Of a stretch of DNA of 14,766 nt, positions 8,137 to 14,614 are shown piece by piece (positions within the stretch are counted from its first letter, which is position 1; every line of letters starts with the position of its first letter). The notes beneath the pieces are model-generated. The model was given only the letters and a program-made list of their open reading frames with translations. It was not told where the DNA came from and made no database searches. This DNA comes from Planctomycetota bacterium (GTDB taxonomy: Bacteria; Planctomycetota; UBA8108). The translations under genes and the position numbers were made by a program. The DNA lies in the NCBI GenBank assembly GCA_016928605.1, contig JAFGKN010000113.1, forward strand, positions 1-14,766, in the 5' to 3' direction.

Positions 8137-8151
8137 GCCGGCTCGGCCGGC
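8137..8151 (+). terminator. Weak candidate hairpin GCCGGCtcgGCCGGC just after the Gfo/Idh/MocA stop, with a T-rich run (cacttttgtttcc) about 35 nt downstream
   Basis: Inverted repeat read directly. The U-tract is not adjacent to the stem, so this is not a canonical intrinsic terminator. It lies between convergent genes. Confidence 0.2.
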
Positions 8152-8204
8152 CGCCGCGCTACCCGATCGTTGACCGGATTTGCCACTTTTGTTTCCGAGA
8201 TACA

Positions 8205-8289
8205 CCTAACGCCTCAGCTCACCGATGGCGGCCCCCCACTGGCTCCCGAATCGCCTGGAGGCGTCGCAGGGCCGCCATTCGGTGCAGCG
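8205..8289. repeat. Copy 1 of an 85-bp dispersed direct repeat (partner at 8866-8950; 80/85 identical, no indels). It covers 9 nt of 3' junction, the stop codon and the last 24 codons of the minus-strand gene 8214-8864
   Basis: Direct alignment at a 661-bp offset. Copy 1 is cctaacgcctcagctcaccgatggcggccccccactggctccCgaatCgccTggaggcgtcgCAgggccgccattcggtgcagcg. The five mismatches are capitalised. Confidence 0.9.
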
Positions 8290-8864
8290 GTTTTGTTGGG
8301 CCTTGGCAGAACTCCTCGACCTAGCGAAGTGCCCACGGCGGCCTGCCACAGCACCATGTAAAGGCCCAATATAAGCTTAACGGAACCGTATGACGCCAGA
8401 CCCTTGGTGGCTGCAAGCAGATGCCCCCCCATCAACCCACCAATTGCAGTGCCAACAACCACAGTCGTGCGAGTAGCTCTCACCCAACCTGGCCGTCCAA
8501 AAAAGAGCAAGCTCGCCAGCACCAGTGAGCCCAGAAAACCTGAGAACGCGAACGCCGCAACCATGTATGCCCCCGGGTGGCGGGTCGTCGAGGCGGCGAT
8601 GTGCCATGCAACTGGGTAAACGCCGCAACTGGCGATCAGAGCGGCCGCGGTTCTTGGCCAACCGTCTCGGGCCAAGCGGGAGATGGGGAGGATGACTATC
8701 AGTGCGAACACGAGGCCCGGCCAGACAATATGGTCGTAGGTCTTTTGCTCGCGCACCACGTAGAGCATGCTAGAGTCTGCCATCCCACACGACAACACGC
8801 CCGAAACGAGACCAAGCAGTCCCCAGCGCACGGCCCACCTGGCAACTTTACGCATTGAACTCAT
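8214..8864 (-). CDS. Hypothetical polytopic membrane protein (216 aa) ending in a Pro/Gly/Ser-rich tail AAPNGGPATPPGDSGASGGPPSVS
   Basis: Five or six hydrophobic helices (for example LVFALIVILPI, YMVAAFAFSGFLGSLVLASLLFF, TTVVVGTAIGGLMGGHLLAA, VKLILGLYMVLWQAAV). Its ATG lies 10 nt after the stop of the upstream gene, over TGAGGCGTTAGGcATG. It sits in a lower-GC segment. I recognise no family. Confidence 0.6.
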   Translation of the reverse strand: MSSMRKVARWAVRWGLLGLVSGVLSCGMADSSMLYVVREQKTYDHIVWPGLVFALIVILPISRLARDGWPRTAAALIASCGVYPVAWHIAASTTRHPGAYMVAAFAFSGFLGSLVLASLLFFGRPGWVRATRTTVVVGTAIGGLMGGHLLAATKGLASYGSVKLILGLYMVLWQAAVGTSLGRGVLPRPNKTAAPNGGPATPPGDSGASGGPPSVS

Positions 8865-8865
8865 G

Positions 8866-8950
8866 CCTAACGCCTCAGCTCACCGATGGCGGCCCCCCAC
8901 TGGCTCCGGAATTGCCGGGAGGCGTCGGGGGGCCGCCATTCGGTGCAGCG
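8866..8950. repeat. Copy 2 of the 85-bp direct repeat, covering the stop and last 24 codons of gene 8875-9321 plus the 9-nt junction that here leads into the start of the next gene
   Basis: See copy 1. Three of the five mismatches are synonymous on the coding (minus) strand. The other two give A->P and D->N. Confidence 0.9.
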
Positions 8951-9321
8951 TATGGTTCGCTGAGTGAGGTCATCGGTTTTCTGGCTGGATCCGGTATTCT
9001 CACTGATTCAGAGCAATGCGGACAGTCCTTCACGATACCGTTGAACCACGAAACCACCACTGTGCCCCCACACTCAGGACATTGAAAGTGCCTCCGGCCC
9101 ATGATCGGCTTCGGATCAGCTACGTGGCCCCGCCAGTAGCCAATGATGCCGAACACCACTCCACCAGCGGGAATGCCAGCGATCGAATAGAGAATAATCA
9201 TAGGCCCCTTCACCACTCCACAGGCGTCGTGGAAAACAAGGAGGCCCACGCAAAACCCCGAAAGAGCCCCAGCACACAGGCCGATCAGAAACCAGAGCAG
9301 CGTCTGTTGAGTCTTCGTCAT
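8875..9321 (-). CDS. Hypothetical small membrane protein with two N-terminal TM helices, a C4 zinc-ribbon (CPEC...CPHC) and the shared tail AAPNGGPPTPPGNSGASGGPPSVS, 148 aa
   Basis: I prefer the start at ATG 9321 (MTKTQQTLLWFLIGLCAGALSGFCVGLLVF...), which has an AAGGG upstream. The six-frame ORF extends to 9429, but that would overlap the upstream gene by about 70 nt. The zinc ribbon is RRHFQCPECGGTVVVSWFNGIVKDCPHCSESVRIP. Confidence 0.55.
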   Translation of the reverse strand: MTKTQQTLLWFLIGLCAGALSGFCVGLLVFHDACGVVKGPMIILYSIAGIPAGGVVFGIIGYWRGHVADPKPIMGRRHFQCPECGGTVVVSWFNGIVKDCPHCSESVRIPDPARKPMTSLSEPYAAPNGGPPTPPGNSGASGGPPSVS

Positions 9322-9358
9322 TGGGATAGCCCTTTCGCCCTCGGTTATTGCCTCGCGA

Positions 9359-9784
9359 TCAAGGTGAGCGACTGAGGTTACTCGTTCTGCTTCCCGCCGG
9401 GGGCTTGTCTTTCCTCGTGTGCTGTTCAACGGCCGCCCTGATTAGGAAAGCCATCCCGCCGATCCCAAGCCCAGCCAGTCCGTACACGATGCCGTACAGG
9501 AAGAACGCCAGGAAGAACGCCTCGGCCGACAAGCCGGCACTGATCAGAGGAGGCACACGTGCCGCTGCGACCACCCCCCCGATCGCCGGGTAGTAGAGCA
9601 GCGCGAATCTGGACTTGGATACTCGGATGGCACAAACGAAGGCGACACCCATCAAGACCAGCGGGATTACAGCAATACAGAAAAGAATCTCACGGGCAGC
9701 TCGCTCAAAGCCATTCCCCAGCACAGTGGCCGGCTTGACGAACAGAACAAGAAGAATGAGTGCGGACAATATTAATCGTTGCAT
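9359..9784 (-). CDS. Hypothetical 4-TM small membrane protein, 141 aa
   Basis: I prefer the start at ATG 9784 (MQRLILSALILLVLFVKP...). The ORF extends to 9937, but that N-terminus is Arg-rich and non-hydrophobic. There are four hydrophobic helices. The local GC is the lowest in the window. No obvious SD. Its ATG overlaps the stop of the candidate upstream ORF by 11 nt (CGATGCAACGATTAA). Confidence 0.5.
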   Translation of the reverse strand: MQRLILSALILLVLFVKPATVLGNGFERAAREILFCIAVIPLVLMGVAFVCAIRVSKSRFALLYYPAIGGVVAAARVPPLISAGLSAEAFFLAFFLYGIVYGLAGLGIGGMAFLIRAAVEQHTRKDKPPAGSRTSNLSRSP

Positions 9785-10410
9785 CGTGTCTCGCGTGCCG
9801 AACGCCGATTGGACTGTTCCACCAGAACTCTTCCGTGCCGCCTTCGCGCGCCGTCTATAGTCTTCGGATGGCAGAACTCCCACGATTGCACATCGCTGCT
9901 TCCACGGCCTTTGGATGTTGGCGGCGTCAGCGCCCACTGGGTTTCGCCCGCAGGCGCGCGGCGCTGCGTATGTTTTTCGCAGCCATACAGCGGGTGTCGA
10001 GTCTCATGGGTTCGATTCGCCATACCTCGCGGTGATCGCTCAGCTCCACCATCGGCTCGACGGCGCTCTCGGCGCGTCACGGGCCGCGGCAGACTCGTCA
10101 GCCAGTCCTTTGAGCGCGGGTCGCGGCCGGCGGTGATCTTGCAGATCTGGACACCGGCGTCTTTCAGGCGCGGGCGAAGAGGCGCGAAACCGCGCAGCGT
10201 GGCCCGGCACAGAAGGCTCCGCATGCGGGGCGCGAGCGAGTCGAGATGCGCCGCAGCGGAATACCCTCCGGCGCGCGAGCCGGCTCTTCCGGACCGACTG
10301 GCAGCTCCTGCCTTCAGCACGCTCCGCCGTTCCCCCGCGGCGATCCCGCCAACTCGCCGGTAGAGGAAACGGCGCGCGTAGATGCGCGGGCTCTGAGGTA
10401 ATGCCACCAT
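9772..10410 (-). CDS. Candidate hypothetical protein (~212 aa, MVALPQSPRIYARRFLYRRVGG...), uncertain
   Basis: This frame keeps a higher third-position GC than the alternative frames over 10410-10040, and an AGAGGG SD-like sequence lies 5-8 nt upstream of ATG 10410. However the protein is Arg-rich and matches no family I recognise. It could be an off-frame artefact or a decayed gene. Confidence 0.25.
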   Translation of the reverse strand: MVALPQSPRIYARRFLYRRVGGIAAGERRSVLKAGAASRSGRAGSRAGGYSAAAHLDSLAPRMRSLLCRATLRGFAPLRPRLKDAGVQICKITAGRDPRSKDWLTSLPRPVTRRERRRADGGAERSPRGMANRTHETRHPLYGCEKHTQRRAPAGETQWALTPPTSKGRGSSDVQSWEFCHPKTIDGARRRHGRVLVEQSNRRSARETRCND

Positions 10411-10616
10411 CTTGCCCTCTCTGCAGCGACGGACGCTCGGAGCCTTCACACACCGAACGGAGGCAGCGTAGCAGAGCTGGTCGTCGCCAGCAAGCTCTTT
10501 GCACCGAGCTGCCCGCTTCGACTCAGGCAGCATGCTCCGGATCCGTCGGCGGTCTCGACACATCCTCCCGTCACAGCGGCGCAATCCTCTTCGTCTTCTT
10601 TCCTGGTGCCCTGCGC

Positions 10617-12437
10617 TCAGGGCTCCTTCCGCCGCGGCGCGGCTCTTGCCTCGCGCTCGACGTTCGCCTCGAGGAGGAAGTTGAGGAGCAGGTTCTCGAT
10701 GGCGTGCTCGTCCTCGCGGGATCCCTGCTTCCCGAAGTGGCTCAGGACGACCATCACGACTCCCGGAAGCCGCCCGCGAGGCGCCGAAGGCTGGCCCGGC
10801 GGCACGGAGCTTCCCGGCCGCACCGCGAGCGCGACGAGGGAATCGGCGCCGAGCTTCTTCTGGAGCTCGCCGCTGCCCAGAAGACCGACGACCTTCTGAG
10901 CGTTCCGGACGCGCAGCGCGTAGCTCTCGTCGTCGATCCACCACTCGTGGCGGATCCTGAGCAGGCTCGCCGGCTCCGGCTCCTCGTCATCCACCCCGGC
11001 CACGACGGTCTTCCCGCGCCCGGCGCCGCCTGCGGCCTTCTCTTCCTTCTCCTCCTCTCCATCCTCTTCATCGCTGAAATCGAGGTCCAGGTCGAAGGAC
11101 ACTCCGCCGGAGCCGCCATCCTCACCGGGCACGAAGATGCCCTTCAGGTAGGGATGCAGGGCCATGCCCCGCACGGGGACGACATCGACGCTCGACTCCG
11201 CCAGCTTGTCGCCCGCCGTCACGCTTTCCGGATAGGCCTTCTCCATCAGCTCCTTGACCACCCAGTCCTCGCAGAAGATGTAGCCTCCGGACTTGACGAA
11301 GCTCTTCAGCTTCTCGATCTGGGGCCCGGTCAGCTCCGCGGAGAAAGGGATGTGCTTGTCGCAGCCCGTGCAGGGGTAGAGGCGGTCGTTCTTCACCTTC
11401 CCCGGCTTGCAGAACGGGCAGATGCAGATGCGATGGAACTGGGTGCAGTTGATGAGGATGGCGCCCGTCTCGCGCAGGTCGAAGTCGAGAAAGTCCTCGC
11501 GCTCCACCACCGTGTGTGGGATGTTCATCCGCTCGAGGACCTCGTCCATGTGGTCGTTGTTGAGGTCCTTGCGGACCAGAACGGGGTGGCTCTTCTTCGT
11601 GAAGACCGCGCTCAGGACGACGACGCCTTTCTTCGGCGCGCGCTCGAGCGCGAGGTACCGCTCGCGGCGCTGGACATCGAGGCTGTCGACGGCCGTGCCG
11701 GTCTCCGACCTGTCCTGCTCCTGGCGGCCGGCCAGCGGCTTGCCCTGGTTCTTCTTCCACCAGCCCTCCCAGTTCACCGAGTTGAATCCGTACTTCTTGC
11801 CGGTGAGGTTCGTCAGGCTCTCGATCACCGTGATCACCGGCTCGCCGGAGTCGGACGCTCCCCGCTTCTCCTCCGCCTTCAGGACTTCGATGAGGGCGTC
11901 CACCGCCGCCGGAGAGCGGATGAAGCCGAGCTGGGCGGCCGCCTGGACCCGGAGATCATCCGCGGCGGACTCGTCGAGGAGCACCGGCCGGAGGGCCGCC
12001 GGAGCCTGCCGGGACGTGTTCCTGGAAAGCGCGTAGAGCACGTCCCGCGCCACGGGCTGCGCGCGGTTCTTCACGATGAACTCGCCGACCGCGCCGAGCG
12101 CCGGCCGGTCGGTGAAGCTGACGGCCCCCCGCAGGAGCGACCAGTAGAGGCTCTCGCGGCTCGAGGGGATCTGCCGGATGAGGGAGAGGAGCCGGCGGGC
12201 GGAGTCGGCTCCTCCGGCGCGGACGACGCCGGAGAGCGCATCCTCGATGGCATCCATGTCGTCGGCGCGCAGCGCCTTCTTCAGGCTTTCCAGAGCCGAC
12301 CGGGCGCCGCCGTCGCTCTCCGGCGCCGCGGCGGCGAAGAGAGCAGCGCCGGCGATCGCCAGCGACAGGAACAAGGCTCTCGGCGGAAACGAGGTGCGCA
12401 TGAAGTCCTCCATGCTCGAAGACATCCTTCGCTCCAT
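10617..12437 (-). CDS. Putative secreted protein with N-terminal HEAT/PBS-lyase-like repeats, a Cys cluster (CICPFCKPG...CTGC) and an acidic tract, ~606 aa
   Basis: Signal-peptide-like N-terminus MRTSFPPRALFLSLAIAGAALFAAAAPES, reached from ATG 12437 (GAGGA SD 7 nt upstream). In-frame alternative ATGs lie at 12425, 12413 and 12401. HEAT-like repeats include AAVDALIEVLKAEE and LRVQAAAQLGFIRSPAAVD. The core contains ...GAILINCTQFHRICICPFCKPGKVKNDRLYPCTGCDKHIPF...GGYIFCEDWVVKEL... and the acidic run DLDLDFSDEEDGEEEKEEK. The 997-aa six-frame ORF (to 13610) is an artefactual upstream extension through the SDR gene. Confidence 0.75.
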   Translation of the reverse strand: MERRMSSSMEDFMRTSFPPRALFLSLAIAGAALFAAAAPESDGGARSALESLKKALRADDMDAIEDALSGVVRAGGADSARRLLSLIRQIPSSRESLYWSLLRGAVSFTDRPALGAVGEFIVKNRAQPVARDVLYALSRNTSRQAPAALRPVLLDESAADDLRVQAAAQLGFIRSPAAVDALIEVLKAEEKRGASDSGEPVITVIESLTNLTGKKYGFNSVNWEGWWKKNQGKPLAGRQEQDRSETGTAVDSLDVQRRERYLALERAPKKGVVVLSAVFTKKSHPVLVRKDLNNDHMDEVLERMNIPHTVVEREDFLDFDLRETGAILINCTQFHRICICPFCKPGKVKNDRLYPCTGCDKHIPFSAELTGPQIEKLKSFVKSGGYIFCEDWVVKELMEKAYPESVTAGDKLAESSVDVVPVRGMALHPYLKGIFVPGEDGGSGGVSFDLDLDFSDEEDGEEEKEEKAAGGAGRGKTVVAGVDDEEPEPASLLRIRHEWWIDDESYALRVRNAQKVVGLLGSGELQKKLGADSLVALAVRPGSSVPPGQPSAPRGRLPGVVMVVLSHFGKQGSREDEHAIENLLLNFLLEANVEREARAAPRRKEP

Positions 12438-12475
12438 GGTACGTCCTCGGCGGGCCGGGCGCCTCTGGAATACCA

Positions 12476-13225
12476 TCAATAAGTCGCGCGTCCCCCGGAG
12501 ATGTCGTAGCAGAAGCCGGTGGAGAAGCTGCACCGCTCCGACGCGAGGAAGGCGACGAGCTCGGCCACCTCCTCCGGCCGGCCAACACGGCCCATCGGGA
12601 TCTTCGAGATCATGTACTCGCGGACCTCCGGAGCGACCTGCTCGAGGATCTCGGTCTCGATCACGGCGGGGGCGACCGCGTGGACGAGGATGCCATCCGT
12701 CGCGACCTCCTTGGCGTAGGCCTTGGTCATCCCTATGAGGGCGGCCTTCGTCATGGAGTAGGCGACGAGGCCCGGATTGCCCTCCTTGCCGGCGATGGAG
12801 GCGATGTTGACGATCCGGCCGTAGCCCGCGCGCATGAAATGAGGATGCGCCGCCGCGCAGAAGAACCAGGGCCCCTTGACGTTGACGGCGAAGATGCGGT
12901 CGATGTCCTCCTCGCTCTGGCTCGCGAGCGGTCCCGGCGTCCCCGCGATCCCCGCGTTGTTCACGAGGATGTCCAGGCGCCCGAGGGAAGAGACCGCGAG
13001 CTCGACGACCTCCTCGGCCCGCGAGCGGACCGTGACGTCGGCAGCGAGCGCCAGGACGCGCTCGCCCTCCGGATCGAGCTCTCGCGCAGCCGCCTCGGCG
13101 GCCGCGCGGTCCCGGTCGACGATGGCCACGCCGGCCGCGCCCTCCTCGACGAACTTTCGCGCGCAGGCCCGCCCGATGCCCCGCGCGCCCCCCGTGACGA
13201 TGGCGACTCGGTCCTTGAGCAGCAT
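12476..13225 (-). CDS. Short-chain dehydrogenase/reductase (SDR), 3-oxoacyl-ACP-reductase-like, 249 aa
   Basis: TGGARGIGRA cofactor motif in MLLKDRVAIVTGGARGIGRACARKF. NNAG motif (DILVNNAGI). Catalytic SIAG...YSMTKAA (YxxxK). An AAGGGAG SD lies 8 nt upstream of ATG 13225. The upstream six-frame extension to 13498 is Arg-rich junk. Confidence 0.9.
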   Translation of the reverse strand: MLLKDRVAIVTGGARGIGRACARKFVEEGAAGVAIVDRDRAAAEAAARELDPEGERVLALAADVTVRSRAEEVVELAVSSLGRLDILVNNAGIAGTPGPLASQSEEDIDRIFAVNVKGPWFFCAAAHPHFMRAGYGRIVNIASIAGKEGNPGLVAYSMTKAALIGMTKAYAKEVATDGILVHAVAPAVIETEILEQVAPEVREYMISKIPMGRVGRPEEVAELVAFLASERCSFSTGFCYDISGGRATY

Positions 13226-13400
13226 TCTCGAACTCCCTTCGTAGAATCCAGCGTACGGTACCCTGCGGGCCGCCCGGCAGTCCAGCCCCATCGCGCGATC
13301 CAGTCCGCGCCGTCCCGTCCCACTGGCGAAGGAGCCTCCGCCCCTGCGCGGCCGCTCCGCTCCGTGCCCACCCGGCTGGGATACCCGAGCTGCCATCGCC

Positions 13401-13494
13401 CGCGGCGAGGCAGCTGCGCCCATCGCGGCGCCGCCGGCGGCGTGGCCCGGGCCGAGGCAGCTGCGCCCATCGCGGCGCCGCCGGCGGCGTGGCC
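13401..13494. repeat. Intergenic tandem direct repeat, 2 x 47 bp (13401-13447 and 13448-13494). Each copy contains the 14-bp perfect palindrome CGCCGCCGGCGGCG (13429-13442 and 13476-13489)
   Basis: Read directly. The unit cgSggcGAGGCAGCTGCGCCCATCGCGGCGCCGCCGGCGGCGTGGCC occurs twice back-to-back. The tract lies in the 453-bp divergent region between the SDR operon and the Tat-isomerase gene at 13679. Confidence 0.85.
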
Positions 13495-13678
13495 TCATCC
13501 TCCTCCCGCCGCCCGCGGAAACCGCCGTTTCCCGCTCCGCTCGGCTCCGTGGGATGGTTACTATGCGGGAGTCCGTCCACCAGCACCGGCTCCCCCCGCG
13601 GCGAAGGCAACGGCCGGGAGCTGGGCTCTACTGCCGCAGCGCAGCCTTCCAGACCGCGACAACCGGAGACGATACGAC

Positions 13679-14614
13679 ATGTCGACAGACCGATCCGCGC
13701 AGCGCCGAACCTCCCGCCGTCGCTTCATCCGCATCGCGGCCGCCGCCGGCGCCGGAGCAGCCCTGCTGACCGGCGCGGGCGCGCGGGGAGAGTCGACCGC
13801 CTCCAGCGTTCCCCCAGAGGACTACCGCATCGCCCACGGCCGCATCCGCCAGTCGGTGATGGGCTGGTGCTTCCAGCCGATGCCGGTCGAGGATCTCATC
13901 GAGGCATGCCACCGCATGGGCATGCCGGCGATGGAGGGCATCGACAGCAAGTACTATCCGATGCTCAAGGAGCGCGGCATGGTCCCGGGGATCGTGGGAA
14001 GCCACGGCTTCGGCCGCGGGCCGCTGAGCCGCGACAACCACGCCTTCTGCCTCGAGAAGCTGCGGGCCGGCATCGAGCTCGCCGCCGAGTTCGGATCTCC
14101 CTCCGTGATCACCTTCACCGGCATGCGGGAGAAGGGCATCTCCGACGACCAGGCGATGCGCAACTGCTTGGATTGCTGGAAGCAGGTGATCGCGCTCGCG
14201 GAGGAGAAGAAGGTGAACCTCTGCCTCGAGCACCTGAACACGCGCGACTCCAGCCATCCCATGAAGGGCCATCCCGGCTACTTCGGGAACGACATCGACC
14301 TCTGCATCGAGCTGGCCCGCCGGGTCGGCTCGCCGCGCATGAAGGTGCTCTTCGACATCTACCACGTGCAGATCATGAACGGCGACATCATCCGCCGCCT
14401 CCGCGCGTCGAAGGACTTCATCGGTCACATCCACACAGCCGGCGTCCCCGGCCGCGGCGAGATCGACGAGACGCAGGAGATCAACTATCCGGCCGTCATG
14501 CGGGCGATCCTTGAGATCGGCTACGAGGGCTTCGTCGCGCAGGAGTTCATCCCCACCTGGCCGGACAAGCTCGCCGCCCTGCGCCACGCCGTGAAGCTCT
14601 GCGACGTGGCATGA
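13679..14614 (+). CDS. Sugar phosphate isomerase/epimerase (xylose-isomerase-like TIM barrel; hydroxypyruvate-isomerase-like) with a Tat signal peptide, 311 aa
   Basis: Start ATG 13679, with a GGAGA SD about 10 nt upstream. Tat motif SRRRFIRIAAAAGAGAALLTGAGA. TIM-barrel isomerase blocks are PSVITFTGM, NLCLEHLN, KVLFDIYHVQIM, IGHIHTAG and FVAQEFIP. The long six-frame ORF from 12680 is an artefactual 5' extension. Confidence 0.85.
   Translation: MSTDRSAQRRTSRRRFIRIAAAAGAGAALLTGAGARGESTASSVPPEDYRIAHGRIRQSVMGWCFQPMPVEDLIEACHRMGMPAMEGIDSKYYPMLKERGMVPGIVGSHGFGRGPLSRDNHAFCLEKLRAGIELAAEFGSPSVITFTGMREKGISDDQAMRNCLDCWKQVIALAEEKKVNLCLEHLNTRDSSHPMKGHPGYFGNDIDLCIELARRVGSPRMKVLFDIYHVQIMNGDIIRRLRASKDFIGHIHTAGVPGRGEIDETQEINYPAVMRAILEIGYEGFVAQEFIPTWPDKLAALRHAVKLCDVA

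Noticed and set aside
6427-8205. ORFs 6427-7956 +, 6821-7867 -, 6915-7583 +, 7882-8205 -
   Set aside because: They overlap the Gfo/Idh/MocA gene in other frames or on the other strand. Their composition is Arg-rich and low-complexity, and they have no motifs.
10005-10021. tRNA T-loop-like motif GGGTTCGATTCGCC, a possible tRNA or att-site remnant at the island edge
   Set aside because: The flanking bases cannot form a 5-bp T-stem (GG/CG mismatch at positions 52/62). No acceptor stem, CCA context or cloverleaf can be built on either strand, so this is probably a chance match. A tRNAscan/Aragorn run would settle it.
10040-10504. 154-aa minus-strand ORF
   Set aside because: Its third-position GC is about 50% in a ~70% GC genome, it is Arg-rich, and it has no plausible ATG start (GTG only). 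It is off-frame relative to the somewhat better candidate 9772-10410.
10401-12482. 693-aa plus-strand ORF and nested ORFs (11122-11760 -, 11407-12036 +, 11956-12588 -)
   Set aside because: They are antisense or off-frame to the 606-aa signal-peptide gene, and their composition is junk-like.
10617-13610. 997-aa minus-strand ORF
   Set aside because: Only the C-terminal ~606 aa (from ATG 12437) is protein-like. The upstream ~390 aa are Arg/Gly-rich and read through the well-supported SDR gene (12476-13225) in another frame. It is an artefactual N-terminal extension typical of high-GC DNA.
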